From assembly GCA_012295275.1 (NCBI GenBank), contig CM022677.1:18352001-18416000 (forward strand): a stretch of DNA of 64,000 bases. The letters run 5' to 3'. Numbering within the stretch: position 1 is the first letter of the stretch; each line of letters begins with the position of its first letter. The position numbers were made by a program, and so were the translations under genes. Shown in pieces: positions 1 to 16,282 of the stretch. The notes beneath the pieces were generated by a model. It did no database searches and was not told where the DNA came from. It saw only the letters and a list, made by a program, of their open reading frames with translations. The stretch comes from Chrysomallon squamiferum. Its lineage: Eukaryota > Animalia > Mollusca.

Positions 1-297
1 ACCAGTGCACTAAACCACGCCAGACGAACAAGTCAGATTAGACTGTGACTGAAATAATAACATCTTCATGTATCTGGGATCTTTTGGTTATATGTTGCTT
101 TACTTCTCAGTTTGTATATATACACACAGATATATATATATATATATATATATTAAACACATAGATACATACATATATACATACATACATACATACATAT
201 ATATATAAATATATATGTATGTATGTATGTATATTTATATTAGTTATTAAATAGACTATATATATAATATAAATTAATATAAATACACACATCTATG

Positions 298-378
<81 letters not shown>

Positions 379-534
379 CTAATAGTTATTAACATTCAAA
401 CAAAGCAGTAAAACTTTTATAATTTGTCTGCATTTTATATTCTTTTAATTCTTTAACAAAATCCCCAGAAACAAAAATCAATAATAATAATATAAATAAT
501 ACTAATAAATAATAATTACAATAATAATAATAAC

Positions 535-567
<33 letters not shown>

Positions 568-703
568 GCTAATAATACTACTATTGTAATAAATAATAAT
601 GACACTAATAATAATTTTCAGTATTCAGTACCCAGTAACCAAATTATGTATTTAAAAGTTTATGTCTTGCACATCGTCTAACTCAATGTTTGCTTTGCAT
701 CAG

Positions 704-805
704 AAGAGAGCACGACGGAGATTAGATCCCAGCATGATTGGCTTGCCAACTGACTTCAGACACACGACACACATAGGTTCCAGTGATGTGGGCAACTCAG
801 TACAG
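704..805 (+). CDS. CDC42SE2: Internal exon of a CDC42 small effector (SPEC family) gene, encoding the CRIB motif
   Basis: ttgcatcag acceptor at 703/704 and CAG|gtgagt donor at 805/806. The exon is 102 nt, phase 0-0, and reads KRARRRLDPSMIGLPTDFRHTTHIGSSDVGNSVQ: a basic patch plus CRIB (IGxPxxFxHxxHxG), as in CDC42SE1/2 ([27 protein letters not shown]). Flanking exons were not found in the window, and the SE1 versus SE2 assignment is uncertain. Confidence 0.88.
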
Positions 806-859
806 GTGAGTCAAACACTTAGTTTGTTAATTGTTACAGACAGAGAGAGAGAGGGAGAG

Positions 860-894
<35 letters not shown>

Positions 895-2499
895 TAAATA
901 TATGTATGTATGTATGTATGTATGCATGCATGTATCTATGTGTTTAATAATTAATATAAATGTGTTTGTGTACTTCTTTGTTTTGTTTTGTTTATTTATG
1001 TTTACGTGTAGTCACAATGTTATTTACTAATAATATATTAAATTATATGTGCTCATTTAATATGTTAATGCTGATACTTAGAAAATAAATATTTGTTAAT
1101 TCTTAGCTTATTTATTTATTTATTTATTTATTTATTGATGCATTTATTTTAGCGGAATTGCAGACAGATAGAGATATATAGAGATAGATAGATAGATAAA
1201 CAGAGAGACAGTCAGACAGAAAGATAGATACTGATAGATATTGTACCGTTCATATTATCTTCTCTACTAAAATAAATAAATAAATAAATAGAAATTAAAA
1301 TAAAGTAAAATAAATAAATAAGTAAGTATAAAAATATATAAGTAAAGTAAGTAAGCAATTAAGCAAGCAAGTAAATAAATATCTAAGTAAAATAAACACA
1401 CAAATAAATACTGAAACTGAGAAATCTTACAATTATGAATGGAAATTTTATCCTCACGAAACCAGACTTGTATCGTAATTAAACTGAACTGTTAACCTAT
1501 ACAAATGCTATAGATGTTATTCATACATTTATGGTGTAATACAATTAAATTATTCACCGGATAAATCGATCGAACTAAAATTAGCAAGGACCAACAGGAA
1601 CGATAACTCGTAACGGCACAAGTTACGTCACGGAAAAAAAAGCCTCCAGAAATTTCGCCGATTTAATGGATACAAATAATCCCTAAATATTCTTTTCTGC
1701 TGGGTTCTGAAAGGGGGAACATTGGCAACTACAAAAGTTAACACATTAATGTTATTCTGCATTATAATTTCAGTTTATTATGCACGCATTTGCACAAAAA
1801 TAATCCAGTTTGGAAAGTTCGATTAAGCTGAAAAAGTAGTTAGAAAAAGCGCGTGACATCATGGTTTGGTAACATGAACAATCATCCTTACCTTTATCAG
1901 TGTAAATCATAAAAAAAAGTTTTGAAAAATGGACGCAAAATAATTTAATTTGGAAGTTTAAAAATGTCCGTGAGCTCACGGAAACTTCCGATCGAAATCC
2001 AACATGGCAGAGTCGAACCCCGATTAGTGTTAACAAACGTTTAAATACGGATGCCTTCATAAATGCAATCAATTCTACATGTGTTATTAAAAGTAATTTG
2101 GGGAAAATATGTCATTTAATCAATGCCTCGTATACACAGATGTCTATTATTGAGTAAAAATTCCTGCAAAGGTCGAAACCCATTATCTTTTTTCTGGTAA
2201 CTTTGACGTCATACCATCTCGTACATGTTTCGTACTATATATATATATATATATATTTTTGTTTTCGGATATTATTACGACGTCGCCAGCCAAAGAATAA
2301 AAAAAAAAAAAAAATGAAATAATAATAATAAAAAATAATAATAATAATAAAAAATTATTTTCACAGACACTGGCGCGTGAATACGAAGATGACTATTCTC
2401 ATTAGGTACCATAATGTGGACACGTTACTCTGCTAAAACTCCATGGCGGACAGTTGTGAGTACGAAGTTGTAAAACGATACTTGAAACCTTTATAATTC

Positions 2500-2538
<39 letters not shown>

Positions 2539-2881
2539 TTTATTTCCATTTTCAATGCGTTAGATGTCGTACTTACATGTAAAAAGCAAATTGATAACGT
2601 GTTATCTGAATGATTGCCTTGATACATTCATTATAACGCTTGAATCAGTTTTACAATAGAATTTTTTTTTTTTTTTTCAGATTAAAGATCCATCAACCGG
2701 CCTTATAAAATATTTTATTAAAAATTAAATTTTCACTGTTTTTCGTTAAAACAAATCATCGGTCCTTGCTACTGAAATGTTATTTTATCGAGAAAAAAAC
2801 AAAAACAACAACAACAAAAAAGCTAACACCTTCAGAGACTTAATTACTTTAATTTTATTTTATTTAAGCATACCTACATAC

Positions 2882-2931
<50 letters not shown>

Positions 2932-2933
<2 letters not shown>

Positions 2934-3111
2934 CATATGTACATATATAGGCAGACATACAGATATATTATATCTATGCAAACAATCATACAAACACACA
3001 CACACACACACACACATATATACACACACACACACACACACCCACACACACAGGCATATGTACATATATAGGCAGACATACAGATATATTATATCTATGC
3101 AAACAATCATA

Positions 3112-3145
<34 letters not shown>

Positions 3146-3202
3146 CATATGTACATATATAGGCAGACATACAGATATATTATATCTATGCAAACAATCA
3201 TA

Positions 3203-3260
<58 letters not shown>

Positions 3261-3321
3261 CATATGTACATATATAGGCAGACATACAGATATATTATAT
3301 CTATGCAAACAATCATACAAA
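2932..3321. repeat. Compound minisatellite: about 63-bp core plus variable (CA)n, 4 copies
   Basis: Core ggcatatgtacatatataggcagacatacagatatattatatctatgcaaacaatcatacaaa starts at about 2932, 3053, 3144 and 3259, separated by (CA)n tracts of different lengths. Confidence 0.9.
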
Positions 3322-3327
3322 CTCATA

Positions 3328-3468
3328 CAGCAATTACTGTTACGTATTTTGTATCGTCGTGGGCTTATTTTTAATTAAATCTTTGAACAACACACACACA
3401 CACACACACATACATACATACATACATACACAGATACATACATAAACAACACCTGCATATATACGTTT

Positions 3469-3508
<40 letters not shown>

Positions 3509-3571
3509 CTGTTCAAAGATTTAATTAAAAATAAGCCCATGACAATATAAAACACGTAACAGTAATTGCTG
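3328..3571. mobile_element. Foldback/MITE-like element with about 62-bp inverted arms
   Basis: 3328-3389 (cagcaattactgttacg...aaatctttgaaca) is the near-perfect reverse complement of 3510-3571, and the inner (CA)n and (TG)n extend the pairing. TA is present on the left flank only. Confidence 0.65.
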
Positions 3572-3827
3572 AACAGTTACAGTTAGTAATGTTACACTAC
3601 AGTTAGTCATGTAACACTCTCTTCTTACATGTGTTTCAGCTGAATGTCTGCCAGATGTTATTCACTGTTATAGATAGTTTCATTTACTTACTCTGTATAT
3701 ATGCACACTACTCTCTTAGATACATGCATATATTATATATATTATATACTCACACACAGATAGATAGGTGGATAGATATATAGATAAATAGATGGATAGA
3801 TAGATAGACAGATAGAAAAGTAGGTAG

Positions 3828-3867
<40 letters not shown>

Positions 3868-4192
3868 AGATAGGTAGACAGATAGATGATATATAGATAG
3901 ATAGATATATAGATAAATAGATGGATAGATGGATAGATAGACAGATAGACAAGTAGGTATATATATATATAGTATATATTTCCGTACGCGCCAAACAGTA
4001 GATCCACACATTCTCACACGTACTCTCGCACGCACACACACACACACACACTAAGTATCTATCTAGCTCATACGCACACACGCAAACACACACACTTTGT
4101 GACATACTAGAAAACAGTACAAGCACGAATTCATAAATTATCTCGCATACATTTATCATGCACCTACTCCGACGAATCCACACACACACACA

Positions 4193-4230
<38 letters not shown>

Positions 4231-4278
4231 CACAAAAAAAAGTAAAACACAATCGTGCGCGAAACATATATATAAAGA

Positions 4279-4309
<31 letters not shown>

Positions 4310-4801
4310 CGAACATAATATTATAACCAAACTGTCTCAAACACACGAATTTCAAATTACCATAACGCTAAAAAAAAAAAAAAACCACTTCTGAAAAAAA
4401 AGACGACGATTAATAAAAGAAATTATATTTTCATCTCGTCACGATTTTGTTCTCTGCATGCACGCTCGCTGGCACGTGACTCCAATACGCTGTGACCGTT
4501 TGTCACATGTACATCACGGCAGACACGAATGACAAAAGGATCATGACGCTCGCGGGGCTAAAAATAGCCGCATAGCAACACGTACATGTTAATGAGGTCA
4601 CGTGTTTGTTTGCTGAGTAGCAATCTGCTTTTAGAATTAACACGGCACACACGATCCTATTCGCTTTGATACAATTAATAGAAGAAGAAGAAAAAATATC
4701 AAATACGATGGAAAAAATAGATTAGAAAACAGTGTGATTGAGTGCTTGTGCAGACGTGAATCTATGTGTTCATATATACATACATACATACACACATACA
4801 T

Positions 4802-4836
<35 letters not shown>

Positions 4837-4856
4837 TAGATAGATAGAGCCAGTGA

Positions 4857-6284
<1,428 letters not shown>

Positions 6285-6925
6285 AAATTAATATAGCACT
6301 AATAACATTGCCTGCCACGATAAAGATCCATTAAATGACAACAGAAAGAGAAATAGATTATTAATTATTTGCATTGGTGACAACAAATAATTGAAAATTT
6401 ACATAAGTAACAGGTGTGCTTAATTTATCTGTGTTCTGTTGTTGTGTGTTTTTTTTTGTCTCTTTCTCTGTACGAGAAACAAAATTAATGAAAAACATAT
6501 TTAATTAATTGATAACGTAGATCAATAACAAATGTGAAATTATGAAAACAAACACTGGCAGTCGACGTCTGTGGGCACATAATTAATTACATTTTTATAA
6601 ATGATACTTTAAGGATTTTTATTTTATTTTATTTTATTTTTTTTTTTTTTTGTACCAAAGTTTTAAATGTTGGTGGATAATTATTTGTTGTCGCTAAACA
6701 TTCGAGCGGTATTACTGGTTAAAAGGTTTTACGAATTTCGTGGAAAAATAAGAAATCAAATTTCGCGTAACACCCGTCGCGACATGTCACGTGACTTGTC
6801 GCAGACGTGACCGCCATATTGATGCACTGTTCCGAATGAAAATGTAATATTAATGAAACGAAAATGTGTATTAAAAGAAATATAAATAAATAAATAACAG
6901 AACTAAAAATAGTAGTAGTTGTAGC

Positions 6926-6959
<34 letters not shown>

Positions 6960-7006
6960 ATAGTAGTGGTCGTAATGGTTGTAGTTTTAATAGCGGTAAT
7001 AAAAAT

Positions 7007-7254
7007 CAGTGGCGTGCAGAGGTCTGGTGATGCCCGGGGCCAACTCCTTGATTGTCTGCCCCAAAGACTCAAGTATGAGGACCACTACTGAGAAATATTA
7101 TGAGAAAGGAAGATATTTTGAATATGTAAACAGATAAAACATAAAATAAACACTTTATTCGATATAAATATAAATCAACCAAATTTATTAAGTTCTTTCC
7201 TCTGATTGGATGCCCCCCACCGCTCCTTCGCCCCCCCCTCTCTGCACGCCACTG
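7007..7254. mobile_element. Non-autonomous DNA transposon (hAT-like MITE), 248 bp
   Basis: Perfect 15-bp TIRs CAGTGGCGTGCAGAG...CTCTGCACGCCACTG with GC-rich subterminal tracts. The flanks ataaaaat and aatataat are only an imperfect 8-bp TSD. Confidence 0.75.
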
Positions 7255-7366
7255 AATATAATATCAGTAATAATAATAGTAATTGTAGTAGCAGCAATAG
7301 AAAACGTTAGTCGTAGTGGTAGTAATAATAGTAAGCATACTATTAATAAATACATAAATAATTATA

Positions 7367-7401
<35 letters not shown>

Positions 7402-7697
7402 GTTATACTAATCAGTGACAGAACCTGTCTACTACGCCCTAGGTTCAAATCCCCTTAGAGGCTATATTAACTTAATTACTGTTCTAACCAGTATTGTCGA
7501 AAAATCGATTTATGGATATTTTTTTTTCTTTTGAGAATGAATGTGTTAATAATATACTTTGTCGCTAGTGGCAACAGTACACCCACTGCATGTCTGGTTT
7601 CCGCTCTAGTGACACCAGGGTTAACTCGTATAATAATAATAATAATAACGATAATGATAATAATGATGATGATAATAATGATGACAACATAGACATC

Positions 7698-7756
<59 letters not shown>

Positions 7757-8260
7757 TAACATCGACAGAAATCAAATTATTATATTATTTATTGTAAACA
7801 CATATCAAGAATGCTATTATTATTGTCGTAACAGTTGAATTCACAGAGTATATCAAATATCAAATGAACAGTTTTAATTTTTTTTATTTGCACAAAAAAG
7901 AACAGTCCCATTTGTTTTGATTTTGTAAATTCATAAAATTTGTCTACAGCAAGGAAATAAACAAATGGACACAAGCACACGCACGCGCGCGCACACACAC
8001 ACACGCACAAAGAAAGGAAACGCACAGAAACACAAACATCCACATAGAGACATACACAAAAGCTCACACATCCGTACAGAGAAATACAAACACGCACACA
8101 CGCACGGACACACACACACACACAGACAAACATACAGAAAGAGACAAAATAATTTTGGATGGATGGATGGATATATATATATATACTAAAGTATTGTTTA
8201 AATAATACACTTTTCAGGTAATTAAATGTATTATTGTTGTTATAAATGTTGTTATTATTG

Positions 8261-8306
<46 letters not shown>

Positions 8307-8732
8307 CATCATTATTATTCTCGTTTCATCGATAAACTAATTATTTCATGAAAAACGTAATAGTTAATTTACTCTAGTAAATCATAGAAAAAGAACAAAT
8401 ATTTTATATATATATTATAAAAAAATTAAAAAAATACAAATGATTTAATGAATTAATATCAACATACCATCAAAACAAATGTTTAATTACGAAACCAACA
8501 GAGTGGGCTGTAAAGACTGAAATGAATACCAATGTTCAAATTAAAATAAGTTGATTTGTTTAAATTAATTAAACACACATACATAAATAAGTAAGTCCAT
8601 TAAAAAAATATATTCTCGTACGTATTCTTAAACACACACGCACACACACGCACAGACAGAGAGACAGAAAGACAAGCTAAAATAATTTAAAAAACCCCCA
8701 CAAAAAAAAAACGACCAGACAAAAAACTATGG

Positions 8733-8879
8733 TCAGGACTCTGGTTTTCTGTTCAGATTCTGAAAACCAGAAATTATTCCGTATGGGCGCAGATGATAAA
8801 TAAAAAATTCTAATCCATACATTTTTGGCGGAGACACATAATGAAAGGTTATCGCATAGTCGCTGATACTTTCAATTCC
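8733..8879 (-). CDS. C1GALT1: C1GALT1-like paralog A, last coding exon (protein 351 aa in total)
   Basis: tttcatttcag acceptor, phase 0. Reads GIESISDYAITFHYVSPPKMYGLEFFIYHLRPYGIISGFQNLNRKPES*; SD-x-A-x-x-FHY and YHLRPYG match the C1GALT1 C-terminus. Missed by the ORF track. Confidence 0.92.
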   Translation of the reverse strand, partial: GIESISDYAITFHYVSPPKMYGLEFFIYHLRPYGIISGFQNLNRKPES

Positions 8880-9090
8880 CTGAAATGAAAAAAAAGAAAA
8901 CAAAAATAATCACAAATATTTATATGGTTTGTTATTTATTTATTTTTTTGTAGTATAATTACTTATATTCTCAGTTCCGTAGAAAAGAAAAGAAAAGAGA
9001 AAAAAAAAAAGAGGCAGAAATGAAAAAGAAACAAAACAAAAAATACTCATAAACATTTATGTGTTTGTTTGTTTGTTTGTCTATTGTCTG

Positions 9091-9168
<78 letters not shown>

Positions 9169-9487
9169 TAAGGTTATAGCATAGTCATTAAAGTTATTGG
9201 GTTCTGTTCATTCGTTCGTTTTCTTTTTTTCTTTCTTTCTTTATTCTTTCATGCATTTTTTTTTTATTGTATTTTTATATCTGCTCATGACGTGTCCGTT
9301 TTTTTAAATTTCTTTAATTGATTATTTCAATATTTGTTTATTACGATTTTTAAATCGACGAAAGTCATTTAAAATAAAGAGATTAAATTAATAAAAAAAA
9401 AAGATTTGGAAAAAAAAAAAAGTAAGTAAAATAAATAAATAAATAGACTTGGAAACGGTTAACAACTTCATTACGGTTTTTCATCAC

Positions 9488-10146
9488 CTTTTTCACGCCG
9501 TTGGCGTCGTAGCTGTAGTACCAATCCGGGAACCCTCCGAAGAGGTGCGTCTCAGGATCGAAGCAGTGAAAGCGCGTGCGAGCCAGGACGTCGGTAGAGT
9601 TACCGGTCTTGACTCCCAGCTTCTCCATGCAGCTGCCGAAGCTGGCGTCCTCCGCACCCCCGTCTGGACGACAGAGCTTCGTGTCGTTCCCGTGCTTCCC
9701 GAACCTCATCAGCGCCTCTCTGCCAATGACGTAACCAGCCCCTCCGCTGTAATACCCTTGTTTCACGATCGGCTTAAAATGGTGGCCGAAGTAGACCGGC
9801 TTAGATGTATTCTGGGAAGACAGGAAGTAACGTAAGTTCTCTACGATGACGTACGTGTCGTCGTCTGCTTTCAGAAACCAGTCGGCGTCGTTGAGGTGGT
9901 GTTCGTAGATGTACTGGAAAGCCTTCATCGTCTTCGCCGTGAGGTGCTGTCTGCCTTCGGAGACGTTCAGGCCGACGGTCGGAAATGACGTGTTCGTGAC
10001 GGAGCTGAAGAAGATGACTTTGTTGCATCGTTTCGCCCACGTTGCTTTGACAGCGCTGGCTTTTCGGTCGAGGTTCTTAGGTGCAGTCATTACCCAGCAG
10101 AGCACGCGCACTGTTTTAGCTAGTTCTTTAGCGATTTTGTCATCGT
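9488..10146 (-). CDS. C1GALT1: C1GALT1-like paralog A, coding exon 2 (GT31 catalytic domain)
   Basis: ctctttcag acceptor and AAG|gtgatg donor, 659 nt. Motifs RVLCWVMT, TWAKRCNK, WFLKADDDTYVIVENLR, FKPIVKQGYYSGGAGYV and GAED are diagnostic of the core 1 synthase (T-synthase) family. Confidence 0.95.
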
Positions 10147-10978
10147 CTGAAAGAGAAATTAATAAATAAATAAATAAGTAAGTAAATAAAAAAGCAAATA
10201 AATAAAAATAATAATAATATATATATATATAAAAATAAATAAATAAAAAAATAAATAAATAAGTAAATAAATACATAATAAAAATATATATATATATATA
10301 TAAAAAATAAATAAATAAAGAAAGAAAGAAAGAAAGAAAAGGTTAAATAAAAATAAACGATAGTAGGAACAAATAAATTAATTAATAAGTAAGTGAGTAA
10401 ATAAGTAAGTAATGTGCAAATAAATAAATAACAAAGTAAATAAAATATAAATAAAATAATAAGTAAATATTAATAAAAAGAAAAGTACTTAAGTAAATAA
10501 TTAAATAATAAATAAATAAATAAATAAATACATAAAATTAAATAAAAGTAAAAAAAAATAACGAAATAAATAAAATAAACAAAATACATAACGAAATAAA
10601 CAGAATACACAAAATACATAAACAAAATAAATAAATAAAATAAACAAAATAAATAAATAAATAAATAAGAGTAACATACATTTATCTTATCTCTGTGAAA
10701 TGTTAATGTGTTATTTTCCAGGTACACAATTTTAGGCAGCCATTTCTTTCATTTAAGATTAGGATTATCTTAGGTTATCGTGAAGTTATCGCTTGATGTC
10801 ATTTAAAAGTCACTGCTTTTAAAGGAGGTATTAAGTACAGGATTACCTACCTCAAAATGAAACGAACAGCAGGTTTATTTAAATTCTACAATGATTAAAA
10901 CAGATTTTCAAAACAGGAAACCTTTTTGAAAAGAAGTAATAATAAAAAAAAAATAATAATAAAAGAATAATAATAATG

Positions 10979-11022
<44 letters not shown>

Positions 11023-11786
11023 AATAAATAATAAAAAAGTAATAAAAGAACAACGAAGAAGAAGAAGAAGAAGAAAAAGGAAAGACTCATTTTCTTGTTA
11101 GGGGTAATCCTCAAAAGCAAATTATCGACTTGTAGTAAAATTTATAAGAACGATTCTAGAACTTCAAAGATTTCATTAATACACAAAACAGCAAATAAAC
11201 AAATCGTAGAATCAAATTTTCTTTTAAACATAACGAGAAAATAAAAAGAAATTTCTAGTAAAATTCTTTGCTGAACCCTCCACCCCTAAACTTGGTTTCC
11301 GATAGAACAGTCCATGGTCGTCTTTATCAGTTGACGCATGCAAACGATTTAACTTAAAATATGATCTTGATTTGTTCGACTGGGCGAGCCAACTCATCGC
11401 TTGTAAACAGTACGTCAAAAATTATAAATAGCAAAAATAAATAACCTAATTTTCAGCTCAGATGAAGATATTTAATAACAACAAGTTAAACTGGCCTGTG
11501 CCTAAGTGCATAACATTACGGAATAATACGAAAACAAACGAAAATGCACGAAGAAGACAGGGGAATTCACGTCTGCTTTATTACACGATGTACGAGAACC
11601 GAATTTATTATTGCACAGTAATGTACGATGTTTGTAACAAAACAAACGAACTTCATTAATTCAAGATACAAGGTGAAAATGGATTTGATACACGACTGTT
11701 TAAATGTAAACGTGAATGTAATTATCTGCAAATGTTATTTCTATCGATCTGCACGTAGTTGCTTTGCAACACATTTTATACGAAAT

Positions 11787-11863
<77 letters not shown>

Positions 11864-12183
11864 ATAATTTTATATTTAGGGCTGACTATAGACCCGCTCA
11901 AAGTTAAATAAATAAACAAATAAATAAAGGAACAAATAAACAAATCAATAAATAAATGAACGACGCATCACTTAAATAGACAGATTAATAGATAAACAAA
12001 CAAATGGACAAATAAAAAACCGAACACATAAATGTTCAAGGAAGCAACTAAATGAAAATGATAAAGAGAAAAATCGATAAAAGAAACAGAGCAGCAACAA
12101 CAACGGTGTCTATAACAACAGCAGTGACTACAGCAATAAAAAATAACAATGTTAATAATAAAATAGTAACGACAGCAAAAATT

Positions 12184-12228
<45 letters not shown>

Positions 12229-12234
12229 GTCTAC

Positions 12235-12312
<78 letters not shown>

Positions 12313-12750
12313 CTATATAATTAGTGTGTGTGTGTGTAATTCATGTATGTATGATGATACAAGGAAAAATCAATGGACGATAACGTGTATGCTACAATAA
12401 CCAGATTTGTATCAGTAAAACCTTTTGTACTTGGACTGGGACACAATATACATTGCTACAGTGAGCTATTATTTAATTATGTATGTACCTACGTGTTTAT
12501 TTATATCATAACAAAATCTGAAAATAATAATTATAATAATAATAATAATAATGATGATGATGATGATGATGATGATAAAAACAATAATATTAATGATGAT
12601 GATAATAATAGTTAATAGTAATGATGACGATGATGGTAATTATGATGACAGTAATAGTAATGATGATGATGATAATAACAATAATAATAATGACGATGAT
12701 GATAAAAATGAAATAATAATAATGATGATGACAACAACAACAACAACAAC

Positions 12751-12813
<63 letters not shown>

Positions 12814-13361
12814 AAGAAGAAGAAAAAAAAACATGATGAAATTAACAAACAGAAAAAATGAAAATAAAACATAATTCCATTGATTTTCGTTATCTGGAAC
12901 ATAAACACGTGAAAGAAACGTATTTTTTAAATTATTTTTATTTTTTTATTTTTTTGTTGTAATGAGGGGATTATTTTTATTACTTCCTCTGTGTACAGTA
13001 AATTAATTTGATAAATCTGGTTATTGCAAGATGGATAATTTCCTGTGTGAATTTTCACACCATTTAGGAAAACACTGCATAACTCTTATTAATGTTTCAG
13101 TTCCTTCTTTGTTGTTGTTGTTGTTGTTGTTGTTCCTGTTGTAGTTGATGTTGTTGCTGTTGTTATTATTGACGTTGCTGTTGTTATTGTTGTTGTTATT
13201 ATCATCATTACCATTATCACCATCGTCATCATCATCTTTATTATTATTGTTGTTGTTGTTGATGATGTTGTTGTTGTTACATACATATGTGTGTGTGTGT
13301 GTGTTCGATTCACATAATTATATATCTCAACAAAATAAAATAAATTATAACACGTTTTGAG

Positions 13362-13402
<41 letters not shown>

Positions 13403-14013
13403 GCGTGTGTGTGTGTTTGTCTAAAACGTGGTATAATTGATTAGACCTGTTGCCAAGCAACATTTATGACATTATTAGGATCTAATTAACATAGTCACGA
13501 TATTATTTATGTGAAAATTCGTTTGTGAAATTAATAATAATAATAATGGTAATGATGTTAATAGTAATAATAAAAATAATAAAAAAATAATAACAATGAC
13601 AGTGATGATGATGGTGATAATGATTATAATAAAAACGACCACGATAATAACAGTGATAATTATAGTAACAAGAGCACTGACTGTATAACAACAACAACAG
13701 CAACAACAACAAGAACAACAAAAACACTAATAATAATAACAACAATTACAACAGTAATAATAAACATTAACAGCAACTACAACAGTAATAATAAACATTA
13801 ACAGCAACATCAACCAATAATGAACAACAATAACAATAATAACAACAACAACAACAACAACAATAATAATAATAATAATAATAAAAATAATAAATATAAT
13901 AAAAATGGGAAGAAGAAGAATGAGAACAACAACAACAAAATACCGACATCACCACCACCACCACCACCACCACCACAACCAATATCAACGACAACAACGA
14001 CAACTTCACTTAC

Positions 14014-14263
14014 CATGGTGTTCGTGCGTGTCTTCAAACATGAAGTTCCTCACGTTTAAATTCGCTATCTTCTTGTCGAAGAGGTCGTGAACATCGTCGT
14101 GGTCACCGCCGGCAACGTGGTCACCGCCGACAACGTGGTACCGACTGACGCTGTAGCGACGAAGGAGGTCGTGGTAGGTGCTGAGAACAAACGCAAGAAG
14201 GAGACCAAACACCAAACCCAGCCAAAACTGACGGTGTGATGCTTTTAAGAACTTGTAAAACAT
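14014..14263 (-). CDS. C1GALT1: C1GALT1-like paralog A, coding exon 1 (cytoplasmic tail, type II TM, stem)
   Basis: ATG at 14263 directly after tttacag. TM FWLGLVFGLLLAFVL. Ends CAT G|gtaagt (phase 1, 250 nt) and joins the exon at 10146 in frame (HH-D-DDKIA). Confidence 0.85.
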
Positions 14264-14543
14264 CTGTAAATTTCTGAAATGATAATAACAACAGCTACTG
14301 CAACAACAACAACAACAACTACAACAGCAACAACAACAATAATAATAATAATAATAATAATGGTGCTGCTCATTATGATGATGATGATATTAATAGTGAT
14401 AATAAGAACGATAAAAAAAAAATAATAGTAGTAGTAGTAGTGTTAGTATTAGTAATACTACTACTACTACTACTACTACTAATAAATCATGATGATGATG
14501 ATATTAATAATAATAATAATAGCGATAAAATAACAACAACAAC

Positions 14544-14593
<50 letters not shown>

Positions 14594-14994
14594 CAGTAAT
14601 AATAATAACAATAATAATAATACAATATATAATATGGCCTTCAAAATGGTATCTGGTATGAATAATACAACGTTATTTTGCTATATATATGATATGAAGT
14701 GACACATATCTTACATCTGGCATCTGAGATCTGATACCTGATATCTGATATATGATATGTAATAATTATTTTGAAACTACAGAACAAGTATTATGTATGG
14801 TTATGACGCTACTGCTATTACTAATAATATTACTACAACCATTACGATTATTACTACAGACACTACTACAACTACGCCTACGATAATTACTACTACTACT
14901 GTCACTACCACTGCTACTGCTACTATTACTTGATACTATTACTACAGTAATTTCTTCAACTAGAGAGAGAAAGAGAAGTAGCGAGAGATGGGAG

Positions 14995-15084
<90 letters not shown>

Positions 15085-15202
15085 TGTGTGTGTGTGAGGG
15101 TGAGAGAGAGAGAGAAAGAGAGAGAGAAAGAGAGAGATAGAAAGAAAGAAAGAAAGAGAGAGAGAAAGACAGAGAGAGAAAGAAAGAAAGAGAGAGATAC
15201 AG

Positions 15203-15233
<31 letters not shown>

Positions 15234-15287
15234 AAAAAAAAAAGAGAATGAACGAGAATGTTTAGACGCTACGAAACACAAACAGAG

Positions 15288-15359
<72 letters not shown>

Positions 15360-16239
15360 TACACAGATGTAAGAAACAACTCGTACGCTACCTCGCTAGT
15401 CACTAAGAAAGGTATTTTTCATTACGTTAGACTCCTGTGGGTTGTTCTCAACACGACTGCTGTCGTTGTTGTAGGTGTGCGTCAGGTTGTATCGTCCAGT
15501 TCTGTTTTTGTTCCTTTTTATCCGCGAAAATCATGCAACTGTGGTATAGTATTTATCGAAAAAGAGATAAAATTAAAACCGTCGAAAACTAATACTTTTT
15601 TTTTTTTTTTTTTTTTTTTAACAACTTTCAGTTATTGTGTCAGTCATCTGTGAGTAACACAAGACCGGTTAGGAAAGATAGTTATTGCTGTTATAATTAG
15701 AACTGATTATATGTTCAGTGATCCGTGGTGGTATTTTAGGATTTGTCTACGATATTTTATATCTTATTCTATTATGTTTATATATATATATATATAGATA
15801 GATAGATAGATAGATAGAGAGATAGATAGATACACACACACATATATGAAAATTACTACTACTATAACTACTGATGTTACTACCAATACTATCACTACTA
15901 GTACTACTACCACTACTTCTACTACTACTTCTACTGGTACTGCTACTACAACAACTACTACTACTACTACTACTACTATTATAAATGTAGTGCTAACAGT
16001 TCTATTGCAACTATTTCTATTATTGCTACTACGACTACAGGCACAACAACCGCTATTAAAAGTTACTACTGCTACAACTACGACAACTATTATATGCCAC
16101 ACACACTATATTCATCATCATCATCATCATCATCATCTTCTTCATCATTAGTTGTTATTATCATTACGCTTATTACTATTAATTTAATTAATTACCGTTT
16201 TAATTTCCACTCTGCTCCCACCACTTAATTACTTAGTTA

Positions 16240-16282
<43 letters not shown>

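Noticed and set aside
7415-7630. tRNA gene or SINE suggested by a GGTTCAAATCC B box (also ggttcgaatc near 24990)
   Set aside because: There is no matching A box or cloverleaf, and it is too fragmentary to call.
9449-10169. Antisense and alternative-frame ORFs over C1GALT1 exon 2 (also 27033-27482)
   Set aside because: They are shadow ORFs produced by GC-rich codon usage of the real exon and have no recognisable motifs.
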